NCBI GenBank assembly: GCA_028534125.1
Contig: CM052832.1
Location: 23,314,001 to 23,378,000 of the forward strand
Reading direction: 5' to 3'
DNA from: Lama glama
Lineage: Eukaryota
Length of the DNA: 64,000 nucleotides
Shown here: one piece after another, positions 15,365-27,776 of the stretch
How positions within the stretch are numbered: the first letter of the stretch is position 1
Layout: every line of letters starts with the position of its first letter
Translations under genes and position numbers: made by a program
Notes under the pieces: generated by a model
Told to the model about the DNA's origin: nothing
The model's database searches: none
The model's input: only the letters and a program-made list of their open reading frames with translations

Positions 15365-15866
15365 TGTTTTTATTGAAGTATACTTGATTTACAATGTTTC
15401 AGGTGCACAGCCAAGCGATCAGTTATACAGATATATAAATACGTATTCATTTTCGTATTCTTTTTCATTATAGGTTAATACAAGATATTAAATATAGTTC
15501 CCTGCACTACACAGTAAGTCCTTACTGTTTATCTATTTATATATAACAGTGTGTATCTGTTAATCCCATACTCCTAATTTATCCCTCCCCTGCTTCTTCT
15601 CTGGTTACCATAAGTCTGTTTTGTATGATTGTGAGTCTGTTTGTTTTGTAAATAAGTTCATTTGCACTATTTTTTTAGATTACACATATAAGTGATATCA
15701 TATAATATTTGTCTTTATTTGTCTGACTTTCTTTATTTAGTAGGATAATCTCTAGGTCCATCTATGTTGCTACAAATGGCATTATTTCCTTCTTTTTTAT
15801 GGCTGAGTAGTATTCCACTGTATAAATATACCATATCTTCTTTATCCATTCATCAGTTTATGGACA
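15365..15866 (-). mobile_element. L1 3' end (3' UTR plus ORF2 terminus)
   Basis: tttattgaagtatacttgatttacaatg...ttatggctgagtagtattccactg...tttatccattcatc, typical of antisense laurasiatherian L1. Confidence 0.85.
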
Positions 15867-16465
15867 CTTAAAAAGCTTACTTTTTCTTTTGATCCAGGGA
15901 TAGGATGGTGATGAAGATAATGAAAAGTACAGAGATGGAGAACCTTAACTCCATCCCCATCACTGGGGATCTTTCACCTACAGATCCCTTCTTGCAGATG
16001 GTTACTTATGGCTCTCTTCTCAGTTTACCTTACTGGGGTCCAGGTGGTCCTCTTACACATGACCTGAGGTGACCCTGGCTAGCTCACTCTGCAGCATGGT
16101 GATCTACCCTTGGTCTCTGAGGAACAAGCCATGCACTTTGTGCTCTACCAAACTATAGAACAATACAGCTATGTCTCTTTCACTTCACCATCAGAGGAGC
16201 TAGCCAGCCAATCTCCTATCCTTTGATTTCTCAGGCATATGAGTCTCTATATCTCCAAATCTGCAGGGATACACATTACACTCTCAAATGATCTGCATAA
16301 AACCCCTTTCTCTAGATTTGAGTTGAGAGGCAGGCATCACACATCCTTCTCTCTGTGGTGAGGATGAGAGACTTGAATCCACCACCAACTCTAAAAAAAT
16401 CATCTTCTAATGATTATTTTCTTGGCCTCCTCAACCTGTTTTATTGTCTGGAAATTTTAAAATGT

Positions 16466-16553
16466 GGGGAGGAGGGTATACCTCAGTAGTAGAGTGCATG
16501 CCTAGCATGCATGAGGTCCTGGGTTCAATCCCCAGTACCTCCATTAAAAAAAA
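16466..16553 (+). mobile_element. Vic-1-like tRNA-derived SINE
   Basis: ggggaggagggtatacctcagtagtagagtgcatgcctagcatgcatgaggtcctgggttcaatccccagtacctcc with an A tail. A-box- and B-box-like motifs are present. Confidence 0.85.
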
Positions 16554-16774
16554 GTAATTCTTCCAATATAAAATAAATGATTTCTGGGTTTATTAATAAT
16601 AATAAATTTGATTTTAATAATCCTAGATTATATCAACAAAAAAACAAAAACTAGGAAATGGTGAAACTGGAGAGAGAGAGGAAATGTGTCAGATTTCTCA
16701 CCTTAAAAGAAAAAAGTTTATTAATACCATTTCTTCCTGGCATTGATTAGGGAAGACAAGCTCATATATATATA

Positions 16775-16905
16775 TTAAAAAAACAAAGAATATTAAAATG
16801 AACAAATGTATGGGTATGTATGACTGAAATATTATGCTGTACCCCAGAAATTGACACAACATTGTAAACTGACTATACTTCAATAAAAAGAATGCAAATA
16901 AAAAT
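16775..16905 (+). mobile_element. L1 3' end fragment
   Basis: gtatgactgaaatattatgctgtaccccagaaattgacacaacattgtaaactgactatacttcaataaaaa. A related shorter copy lies at ~11690-11745. Confidence 0.75.
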
Positions 16906-18031
16906 ACCAAACAGAAACCTTAAAGACAGCAAGAGTTGGATATTTAAGATATGATCTATACTTTTTAATCTACCAGAAGAAAAGTGAGCAAATAAAATAC
17001 AGTCCAGATAGCTAAAGAAAAATGTTAACTAGCATGGGCAATTCCTATGATCTACTGCTAAAAAATTTTTAATAAAAAGAATGCATGGAAAAAAATCTTA
17101 ATTCTGTAACAACATTCATACACATGTATGTTCACATGCATAATTTTTAAAGTAGAAAAGTTATGCCGGAATGTTAGATGTGCTTATCTCTGGGGGTGGG
17201 ATGAGAGGTGATTCTGACAGTCCTCTACATTTTCCAAAACCAAAATGTAAAAATTAGTCCATCGTCCAACATGCTCCTTAACCTTTCTTAATAAGCCTAC
17301 TTAAAACTTAAATATATTTACACACAAATTGATATACAATACCCCAAATACTCTTACCTCTTTCTGCTCACATGGTTTCCAAAAAAAATTTAAATAGTGA
17401 TAAGGTACTAAAGTATGCTACGGGAGAATATTATTTTAAAAAGGAAAAAAATTTGGATTAATTAAATACTATGGGAAAGAAGTATTAAGTTACAAGAACT
17501 TGCTTGAAGACGTAAAGCAAAATTTCATCACGCACTTCTGCACTCTCCAGGAGGGGGTGCAGGTGAGGAAGGGGGCAAACAGGACCTGACATGCGGGCAC
17601 CAACATCCCCAATCTGCAGACCTGGAAGCTGGGCTGTGCCAATGTTATGGCCAAGACATTTGCTATTTGTACTAAACCTAGCTGCAGAGCCTTTAAAGCG
17701 TTTGCAAAAATTTTCCATTAACCAGTTAACACAGAGAATAATGTCTGCCTTTGGGGATATGGAAGAAAGTGCAACGGAAGAATGCGGGTAACACAGAGAG
17801 GAAGCCTTGCACTGGGGCAAAGACTCTCTCCTGGGGCAGAAGTTTCAGGGTTACAATTGAAGGAGACAACTCTTCACCTCTTTATGTAAGGTTGAATGGT
17901 AACCGACTGGAATAAATAACAAAGGCCCAAAGAAGCTGAATAAAATATAAACTCATGAAACCAAAGGTAAAACATCTACTGCTTAATAGTTCTATTTGTG
18001 TCAGATTCAGTAAGAAATGTTCTTTATGGGG

Positions 18032-18272
18032 CAGTGACTCTCAACCCTTTCAGACTAATGCTCATTTTTGCAACAAATATTTTGTAGGTTACCCCTTTAC
18101 TATTTTGGAATGAAATTCATAAAAAATATAGCCTAATTACATCCGTATTTTCAAAACCAAACAAATATAACATCCTAACTATAACATCAAGGAGCCATAA
18201 AAGAAAGTAAATTTAATAAAGTAATACATATTTTAATTTATAACTGCTCTGGCAGGACAACACTAGAAGACA
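18032..18272. mobile_element. hAT-Charlie-type DNA transposon fragment
   Basis: Begins CAGTGACTCTCAACCCTTT, a Charlie-like terminus, with an AT-rich interior. Subfamily uncertain. Confidence 0.5.
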
Positions 18273-20153
18273 GAATTTCTAAAAAAAAAAAAAAAACCTT
18301 GAAGAAAACAGTACCATGAAAAAGAGAATCACTTGTACAGAGCAATGGAGAGAGTGGCAAATTAGTTATATAATCTGAATCACCAAACTTTCACAAAGTT
18401 CTTAAGTCTATTCTTAAAGATATCTTGATTTTTGAGGATTAATTCTACTTTAGAATACATTTTAAATGTGGTCATTGTCTTTAATCATTAAATCAACATG
18501 CACTGTTGCGCTCCACACACTAAACACATCTGAGCTAAAATATAAAAACATACGAAGACTTTATAAAGCCTTTGCAGAATTCGGAAATGTACCAGCTATC
18601 CCCAAACGAGCTATTGTCTATGGATTCCATCAACATCTTGCCATCGTTAGGGATGCAATGTGCGATGTTGAATGGGGTATGTGTACTTGGTCAGGATGCT
18701 TAACTCCTCTGAATTACAGATCTTTATAAAGGGAATAGTAACAGCCATCTGTCAAGGCCGTGAAGGTATTTTTTAATGTATGAAAAGTACCTCAGTAAAT
18801 AAATGGTAGCGAGTTGGAGCACTAGCAAGAATACTCCCCTAGACTCCATATGGTTTCTTAAAATTGGATCCAAATCTTCTGGGCCTATATACCAGGATAA
18901 ATTCTTCTGTCAATCCTCGACCCTAGGAACTTGGGAAGATAAGTCTTTAAGACAGAAGATCTTGAAAGGCAGAAATATTAAGAAGTGGGACTTTCAAATA
19001 TCAAGTCTTACATAAGTAGGGTTTTAAGGGCTGGAAATTCCAGTGATTGTTTCTACTATTTCAGATAAAAACTCTAGGGAGGGGTCTGAAGGCTAACCAT
19101 TTCTGAACGATTTGCTGACTTAGTATGTCATGCTCTTCGCACACCCCACCACTTTACTCTCCTCTCTTTATATTCATCTCTCTTAGTGAACTTTTCTCCT
19201 GTCAGTCAGTTGAAAGAGTCCCCACCCAAAGTAATGAAAAACATAGGATGCTAGTTTACAATAGTTCACCGCCTTTGTAAATGACCTACATTGCCCTTAA
19301 GGTCACACTTTCAGTTTCATTGGCAATCTAGCTGAGATTTGCAGCTTACTTTGCTGCCATTCCTACATCATTGACCATAAATTCATTCCAAATGAGCAAA
19401 GTCCTCACTACCACAAGAACTGGAAAGAGTATGAAATTTAATGTCTATGAAAAGAATATGAAATTTAACGTCTATTCTCAAAGTTTGGATTGTGGCTACA
19501 ATTGCGTTAATACTCATCCATAGAAAGAAATGATTAGAATCTAGATGACTTCTAAAATGCCTTCCAGTTTTAAGACTTTCTGCCTATTATACTTGAATCA
19601 CTGGGAAATTAACATAGCACAATTAAATAAGGCAATATGTGATCTGGCTGCCCTGAGTCTCCTCTTTGTGGCTAAAGGTATTTCTTAGAATACTGAACTA
19701 AAAATGTAACTGCATTCTGCAACCCATGCAAACATGTTCTAATTGATGGGAGGGGAAAAAAATTCAATCCAGAGTGCCAGCAATTCCTCTCTGAGCTAGC
19801 ATGGCAGGGGGAGTGTGGGGCCAGTGAAGCATCAAGTTACAGACCAAATTAAAGGTCTGGAGAAGAGTGGCAGGGTCTAATCATCCACCGTCTGAGGCTG
19901 CCAGAATTGGATCTACCACCCTTACTCGGCTCACAAAGAATTGCTCTGCGGATGCTAAGCACACAGACGAGCTTCAAACATCTTTCATTAAAAAGGCCTT
20001 CAGTTCCAAATAGATCTTTATGGAATTATTTCCTTGAAGTTTCTAGTTCTGTCATATTAAAATTTCCATGAAAAAGTAATCAAAACCTAATGCTTACAGT
20101 GTTCTGCCACAAAGAAAAATATTGTGGGTTTTCATTCCTATTAAAAACATGTG

Positions 20154-20154
<1 letters not shown>

Positions 20155-20196
<42 letters not shown>

Positions 20197-20206
20197 TACA
20201 CACACA
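20155..20206. repeat. Compound (TA)n(CA)n microsatellite
   Basis: About 15 TA units followed by an interrupted CA run. Confidence 0.95.
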
Positions 20207-20722
20207 TAATTATGGAAGTCCCGGACCCAGTGTACACACAAATACTCAAAAACCTTAGGAAAATAATAATAATTTTGTCTAAGCCAACAAAATTCATAAC
20301 ATGATGTTGTACTCTGTCCGTAACCCCCCTCATTAAGCCAGTACTTTGAAAAGGTCAGCAAGCAATGAGTATTTCTGCACATTTTGTGTCACAGGCTGCA
20401 AATGCTAGATCTATAGGGATGAATTAAGGTCACTTTTAAAATTCAAACAGTATTTTCTGGACTCAGTTGGCTGAATCGTGCGTATCTGCACTATTTTTCC
20501 TAGGGAAAAGTTAATTTTAGAAAGGAGAGAAAGTTTGCCAGGAAAACCATTACATTGGCTCAATACCTAGACAGTGACTCTAAAAGTTCAAAATGCTTTA
20601 CAGGCGGTCTCCTTCTTGTCCTTAACATCCTTGAAAGCAAGTATCAAATACCATCCCTGTTTCATAACAAGCTTCTCATTTTATAAAAAGTTGTATGATT
20701 TACTATTACACCGACTTTATGG

Positions 20723-20887
20723 TAGTTTTAGGTTTTTTTGTTTGTTTTTCTGGGGGTTAGTAATTAGGTTTATTTATTTATTTTTTTAGTGGAGGTACTT
20801 TTTAGTGGAGGTACTGGGGATTGAACCCAGAACTTCCTGCATGCTAAGCATGTGCTCTACCACTTAAGCTATACTCTCCCCACCCCT
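20723..20887 (-). mobile_element. Vic-1-like SINE with TSD
   Basis: Antisense SINE (ggaggtactggggattgaacccag...taagctatactctcccc). TSD ACTTTATGG at 20714-20722 and 20888-20896. Confidence 0.88.
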
Positions 20888-21989
20888 ACTTTATGGGGTT
20901 TTTTAAAAAATTAGTCCTTCACCTCAGTTTTTCCAAAAGTCAGACAAATAAAAATCTTTATTTTCCCTGATAGTTACACTCAGAGTCTGTTAGGTACTTA
21001 GAATAGTCCAGGTATAGATATACATGAAAAGCAGCAGACCTGTATCTCCAACAAAGTTCAAGATGGAGAAACAACACTTGTGTCAATTCAAATACAATAT
21101 AATTTACACTCTTAACCAATTCAGGGTAGAAGAGATTGGTTCAAGTAATTAGGAGTGTAAACAGGACCTAAGTCAATTTCTACGATTAATTCCTCTTTGG
21201 GTTCCTAGAGCTATGGTCTTTTTAGGTCTTCAGCCTTAAAATAAGCAACACTTGAAAACGGCAGTGGTCACTGACAGAAAGTCAGTCAATGCAAGCACAG
21301 TGGAGGAAGGTTTTCTCATTCCCGGGAGAATAGGCCTCAGTCTTTTCTAATTGTCAGAGTGCTTGTGAAGGAATTCTTACATCTTAAAAGTTGATATCTC
21401 AAAGATAACGCTTTAACAAGGGCTCTTGGGGGTGCAGTATTTCTCTCCAGTCTACATCGGACTTTCAAACGAACATATTACCCCTCCCCTCCCAAAATTG
21501 CCATCTTAAAACCAGTGACACCACCCCAAATTCATCGACCTTGAAGGGAACCAGCTTTCACTCCGTTTTTATTCTCTGCTCACACTACTATTTCCATGTG
21601 ATGTTCACCAACAGTTGGGAGCCCCCTCTCCTTCCCACGAGGACCTTACAGACATGTTGAAGTAATTACGAGGAAAGAACGCATCACAGTCACCTGGAGT
21701 GCTTTTCAAACACACACGCCCTGCGCGCGCGCGCACACACGTCCCAGATTTCTAAATCAGGCTCTCGGAGCCCGAGTAGGAGCTACTGCTTTAAGCTGTG
21801 GTAAAGTTCTAGCACCACAGTCACCCAGAAAACCTTGTAAACTTATCACAGTGTTTAATTTTCTGGAAAACTAAACCCCAAAGAACCTAAATCACTGGTG
21901 CAGATACAAAAGATAAGACGGTTACACCTACCTTGACCACGGCTTACTATCCTCCTAAAGTTAAGATAGTAACAAAAGGTGGGGGGATG

Positions 21990-22770
21990 TTTTGGGAGGA
22001 GTGAGGTCGCGATACCCCAGCCTGGAAATCATCGCAGACTCCAGGGGAAAACGGTGCGTCGGTGTTTGCGCCACACACCTGGAGAGGTGGGCGAGCTCCC
22101 GCCTCCTCTTCCACCCTCCGGCCGGGGGCGCGGGGTTTCGGGCGCTGCCCGGGGCAAGGGGGGAAAGTGAGGGGTGAGGGCGGAGAGGAGACGGGGGTCC
22201 CGGGGACCGCGGCGGGTTGGAGTCCCAGCGGGCCGCCCGCCCGGGGCTCAGCCCGGCGCCGAGGAGCCCGGGGAGGGGTCGAGGGAGGGAGGGAGCAAGA
22301 GGTGACAGCCTGAGGAGGCCGAGCCGGCACCTGGCACCGCGAGCCCGCAGCCCCAGGGCGAGGGCGGCACCCCGCGCCCCTCCTTACCGTGCGCGCGAGG
22401 TCGGAGCCAGGAGCCGGCAGACCGCGCGGGCAGGGCTCCCGCAGGGCGTGCGCCCGCCGGGGTCCGCTGTCAGCCTCCCCGGGCAGCAGCTTCACGTAGC
22501 GGGCATGCGGGTCTCCTAGCTACCAGCCCTCCGGCGCGCCTCCGGCCCCCTCCCCCGGCGCTCGCCCCGGGAGCTGCCGCCCCCTCCCCTCCCGCGGCCC
22601 TTCGCGCGCTCCCCTTCTCCCCCTGCTGTTTATTCCGGAGAGCGGTGGCCCCTCTCCTGAGCCCTCCCTCCCCCCGCGCGTGCACGCACACGCCTCCCCC
22701 AGAAACGCGCTCTCTCTAAGAAGCAGGCAGCGAACCAACAGAGTCCTTGAAATTCTGGGGCCGGGCGATT
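21990..22770. promoter_or_regulatory. Second CpG island; probable distal promoter of RNF144B (divergent from DEK)
   Basis: Dense CpG/GC block with GC boxes and a minus-strand TACGTG (CACGTA ~22493-22498). Gene assignment is by synteny only. Confidence 0.75.
22388..22600 (-). other. RNF144B: Probable non-coding first exon of RNF144B (5' boundary approximate)
   Basis: Minus-strand donor ACG|GTAAGG (plus-strand CCTTACCGT, 22382-22390) inside the CpG island. RNF144B is the head-to-head neighbour of DEK. Its coding exons lie outside the window. Confidence 0.5.
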
Positions 22771-23991
22771 TCAGAAAAACCCTTTTAAAACCTTTGATCT
22801 GCCCAATGAGGTTCAAGGCAAGGCACCACTTCCATTCATCCCCTGCCTCCGTCCTCATTTGTTTTTATCACAACGTCACTCAACCGTTGATATTCATGTA
22901 GATTGTGCTCTGAGAATCTCCGGCCAGTCATTTAAATTTTTCCAAAATAGCCCCTTCCATTTTATGGTTTTTAAAATGTAGACGTCCCCTCTAGTTAAAC
23001 TTAGGTTGCCAGCACTTTAGGTTGGCCCCGGGAGGGATATGTTCAGCTGTACAAGACAGACAGGTCTCTTCTGCTAGCTTGGTAGACACCTGTCACCTGT
23101 CAGGGCCCCGAGTCAGGGCAAAGGCAGTCATTTCACCTGGCTTTGATGGCTGAGCATGCCCGGAGCCTCCGTTCTCAGGAAGACGCAGTTCTGAAGAGCC
23201 AAAGGCCTGGGAAGAAGCAGGTGGATGTATTCAAACACAGTTCCAATGGCAAACGAACTAGCAAAGGGCAGAGCATACTGAATAATATAAAAGATAAGAG
23301 GGATAGGAAGGGCTTTGTGAAAACATCGCTGTATCACCAACATATAGGAGCTGGGAGTGACGTAATTCCTACTGGGAATGTGGAAGGTGAGTTGTTAAAT
23401 GGCACTCCACTTATTCATTGATTTACCTACCAATATAATATATGTTTATGGGGTAGGTTAGAGGCAGTGTGGTATTATTCATAGTCATTATTCACAGTCA
23501 CGTTACAACATAAAGGTTACTAGGAATTAACTTCGAAAGCAACCAGCTGATAACAGAGTTCTGGAAAATGCAAATACCTATTAAAGAGACTCCATAGTAA
23601 TCCACTATCTTCCCTAAACTTATCAGATAACTTTCTGTCTTTCCTAAACTTATCAGATAACTTTCTAATCTGAGGACTGGGGGAGAAAAATTGGTGCTTA
23701 CAAGAATTGTCAGGATTCTCTACAGGGCAAGAGGTCAATATTGGAAGATAAACTCATTAAACAAGTTATTGCAAATGGAAAGGCCCGCTTAGGTGACATA
23801 GGGAGAGGGGGAGGTTAGCACAAAGGCTCTGGCCTTCTTATTCATTCAGCCGATATTCATTGAATGCTTGCTGGTTTGAGACAGCTGGCTGCTAGGCTTG
23901 AGAAGAGGTAATAAGGGTAACATCCCTAGCCTCACGAAGCTGAATATCGGGGGCAGACAAGCAAGTAAACAGGCTGTTGAAAGGAGATGCT

Positions 23992-24107
23992 TTAGGGGGT
24001 AGGGTACAGGTCAGTGATAAGGGGCATACCTAGCATGCATGAGGCCCTGTGTTCAATTCCCAGTACCTCCATTAAAAAATAAACCTAATTACCTCCCAGG
24101 GAAAAAA
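23992..24107 (+). mobile_element. Vic-1-like SINE with TSD
   Basis: SINE body plus tail, flanked by the 13-bp TSD GAAAGGAGATGCT (23979-23991 and 24108-24120). Confidence 0.88.
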
Positions 24108-26727
24108 GAAAGGAGATGCTCTGACAGAGGGCAGGACACATGAAGTCCAGAGGAAGTGACTTTTAAGCTGAGCCCTGAAGATTGAGTGTAACTTGGCCAG
24201 GGACAGGAGAGGAAAAGAAGAAAGAGTTTGGGTGGGGGTCAGCGGAGGAGGGTCGCATGGAGAGATAGCCAAGAGTGAAAAAACCTGGCAATTCAGAGAA
24301 TGTAGAGAACTTCCTTACGGCTGGAAGAGTATTTTTGGGGAGTGGGAGTGGGAGTGGTTGAGAGGAAGAGTGGAAGGACAGGCTAGAAAGGTAAGCAGAG
24401 GCCAGACCATGGTCTCCTAGGCCATGTTTTAAAGTTGCACTTTATTCCACAATGAGGAGGCATTGAAACGTTATAGACAAGGTAACAACGAGATCAGATT
24501 TTTTGCTTGAAAAAGTCTACTGGCTGCAGGCAGGAAAAAAAAAAAACAAGGGTGGGAGGTGGAGATGAGAGGGGAGAAGAGCTTTAGGAGGGGCACATGG
24601 TCAATGAATACCAGTGTACAATCCTCATGCCTCTGTGAAATCTGCCCCAGGACAAGTCCCCAGAGAGACAAACTTTCCTGAAAGGAGGTGAGTCAGTGGT
24701 GGTAAACAACTGAGAAACAACACAGGTAAATAGAAACTAGAGATAGAAACAAAATGGTATGTTGAGGGGGTGGGGATTTACAGAATATGTCATTTGTACA
24801 ATAACTCTGTCTCATACAGTTGAAGAATAAAAAGCCTGTTGATTTGTAACAGAGTAGTGGAATAAATTAAAGGAAAACTGGACATGCAGGAATCAGTGAT
24901 ATATACATATAACAAATATTCTGCTGTGTAAACAGCAAAGCAGTATCCTCCTACCTCAGCTTGCCTCTCCTTTTTGAGAGTGATTTTATTGTCTTCCACT
25001 CCTACCATGTCATCGTTTTATGACCTGCCTCCATGTGAACCCATCTGGCTGAAGTCAAAGTTCATGCTACTTGGACTATACCATGCTCTCTAGATTAGCT
25101 GAGGTCCAGACATCTGTAGCTGCCCCTGGGAGCTGAATGACCTCACTGTAAGCATGGTGGGCTGCCATCAGAATATTGAAAGAAAAGCTTAGGTTAAGGT
25201 GCTTGGAAGTACCAGGGCTCCCTGCTGGATTCTCCCATCTATTCTGAGAGCACAGGGGCATAGGGAAAGCAAGGGGAAAGCTGGCTGATCTCAGGAAAGC
25301 AGAGCCAGAGCAGGACAGCCAAACATTTTACCCTCGGAACACTCTCTTCTTTTTTTGTGATTGTTTTAAAATCATTTGCTGCATTTTCCCTCTCTGTCTG
25401 ATTTCAGGTCTACTATCCTCAATTTCCCTTCATATGTTTTCTTTTCTATTTCTCCTCTCCTCTTTTTAACTCTTCACTTCTTTTTCCTTTCTCCCTTTCC
25501 TCCTTTCTTCATTCATTGATTGACTCCACATTTTTATATCTGGTCTTAATCTTGTATCTCTGTAGTACTATCTACTATGTTACTAGAGTAAGTGCTGAAG
25601 CTACAAAGATGATCAAGGCAAGTGACTTCATAGTCAGTGGATGCATGAAGCAGGATTCTATGGTTGCAGGTAACAGAAATGCAGTCAAGATAACTTAAGT
25701 GGGGGAAACAGAATTGTTTAACAGGTAACAGGGCTGTCAGCTGGAAGCTGAAGGGGTGGATACAATAGGCTTCCTGAACAATCTGGAATGGGAATTGAAT
25801 ACAGTCTTGACTCTCTGTCCTTCCTTTATCCTAACTATCCTTCCTCTTCTTCTCTTTCTCAATTCCAAATTCCCAAGGAGGGGACTAACTGGCCTCACTT
25901 GGGTCAGATGCCCAGTCAAGGCAGACAAGGTGTCAGCATCATGATACAAAAACATGCCTAAAAAAGGTTATGTAAATATCTGGATGGTGGCTAGCATAGG
26001 ACTGGGGATGAGGATGAAAGGGTACTTGAGGGGACTGGGAAGAAGGCAGCTCTTCAGAAAGAGCTTAACTTCAGTGAAGTTTACTACAAAGGTGGATATG
26101 TAACTATGTAATTAAAATATCATTTCACAAATACTGTAATAAAGATACTTACCAAGTCTAAGGGAACACAGCGTAGGGGAGAGAGGAAGGGATATCAGCT
26201 TCAGAGACCTGAGGAATGCTTCATGGAGAAGGCAATGTTTTTTGAGTCTTAAAAGATTATTCTGTGTTTGCCAGACAAACACACCAGCTAGTGTGTAGGA
26301 CTTGTAAGACTACTCCTTGTTTTGGACTTGTTTTTCCATAAGGAAGGGGAAGGACAAGGCTTCAAGGAGAGGTCAGTAAGGGAGCTACTACGATGGCTAA
26401 GGAGAGAGATGATATGGCTGGAAAGAAAAGGGCTGGGGATGAGAGACGTTTAGGTTCCGAACGCAGAGAACTACACGTGAAGAGTCGCAAAGAGGTCAGG
26501 CCAAGGTGACTTAAATATCCAAGCCTGAGTAGCAAGGTGGACAACAAAGCGATGAAATGAATCAGTAAAAAGAGGAGAGATTTGCTAGAAAAAAGAATGG
26601 GTTTAGCTTTTCATATGTTGAATTTCACATATTAATGGGCTGTTTAGTGAAGAAATCTAATACGCAATTATAAGAGCACGGTGCTCAAAGAGAGAGAAAG
26701 TTGTTAAATTCATTGATTTGGACTTTA

Positions 26728-26820
26728 CTTTTTTTTTTTTTTTGCAGGAGGAGGTAATTATGTTTATTTAGTTAGTTTTTCCATGGAGATACTGGGGACT
26801 GAATCCAGACCTCATGCATG
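26728..26820 (-). mobile_element. Partial Vic-1-like SINE inside an L2 remnant
   Basis: Poly-T plus ggagatactggggactgaatccagacctcatgcatg. The 5' half is missing. Confidence 0.7.
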
Positions 26821-27112
26821 AGTTCACTGATACCATGGGCGTGGATGAAGTCACCCAGGGAAATCACTTGTAAGGAAAGAACCAAGAGCCTGTGGCGATC
26901 CCTGAAGAACTCCAACACCGGAGAGGGTGACAGATACAAGACAGCCAGCAAAGGAGGGGACCCAAGAGAAAGCAGTGTCATGCAAGTCAAGAGAAAAAGG
27001 TTTTGAAAGGGGGAATGTTAAACAGAGTCAAACTGGAGCTCATTATTGGTCTTTATGAGAGCAGTTTCAGTGGAGTGCTGGGAAAAGAAAGTTCTGTATG
27101 TTGCGTAGAATT

Positions 27113-27331
27113 ACGATTTCTTTATCTCAGCACTGTTGATTTTTGAACCAAATAATTCTTTGTTGTGTGGACTGTCTTGTGCATTAAAGGATGTTTAAGC
27201 AGCATCCGGAGCCTCTACCCACTAGATGCCAGGCACGCCTCCCTCCAGTTGTAACAACCAAAAATGCCTCCAGACATTGCCAAATGTCCCCTGGGGGCAT
27301 AAACCCCCCTCCCCAACTTGAGAATCCCTGC
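27113..27331. mobile_element. MER20 (hAT-Charlie)
   Basis: ctctacccactagatgccag...gtaacaaccaaaaatgcctccagacattgccaaatgtcccctggggg, the characteristic MER20 core. Confidence 0.85.
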
Positions 27332-27561
27332 ATTAGATTTGAGATGCAGATGGGAGAGAAACAAGATAAATGTATTTTTCTAAAAAAGTATTTTTAGGAG
27401 GTAGCACTATCTTTTAAAGATCTTTTTTTTTCCTAATTTGCAAACATCTGTTTATTCTAAATTTAATTTTTTTAAACCCAAGCTGCCTATGGTGCAGATA
27501 GCCACTCCAAACCTTCTCCAGTTGGTTTAAATAAAGAATAAGTTAAAAAAAAGAAATATAA

Positions 27562-27776
27562 GGTGGGAGGTTACAGCTCAGCAGTAGAGTGGATGACTAG
27601 CATGCATGAAGTCCTGGGTTCAATCTCCAGTACCTCCATTAAAAAATAAGTAAATAAATCTAATTAACTCCTCCTACAAGAAGGAGAGAGACAGAGAGAA
27701 AGAAAGAAAGGAAGGAAGGAAGGAAGGAAGGAAGGAAGGAAGGAAGGAAGGAAGGAAGAAAGAAAGAAAGAAAGGG
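27562..27776 (+). mobile_element. Vic-1-like SINE whose tail has expanded into (GAAA)n(GGAA)n
   Basis: SINE head at 27562-27640 and purine microsatellite at ~27695-27775. AAATATAA flanks both sides. Confidence 0.85.

Noticed and set aside
17485..17820. 111-aa minus-strand ORF in unique-looking sequence
   Set aside because: Near-cognate start, no recognisable homology and no clear exon boundaries.
20784..20815. 16-bp tandem duplication TTTTAGTGGAGGTACT
   Set aside because: Ordinary slippage duplication inside a SINE.
21947..22901. Overlapping 60-182 aa ORFs in the second CpG island
   Set aside because: They reflect GC composition, have no recognisable domain, and do not resemble RNF144B protein.
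23152..23161. p53 half-site GAGCATGCCC upstream of the putative RNF144B promoter
   Set aside because: A single half-site with no adjacent partner, expected by chance.
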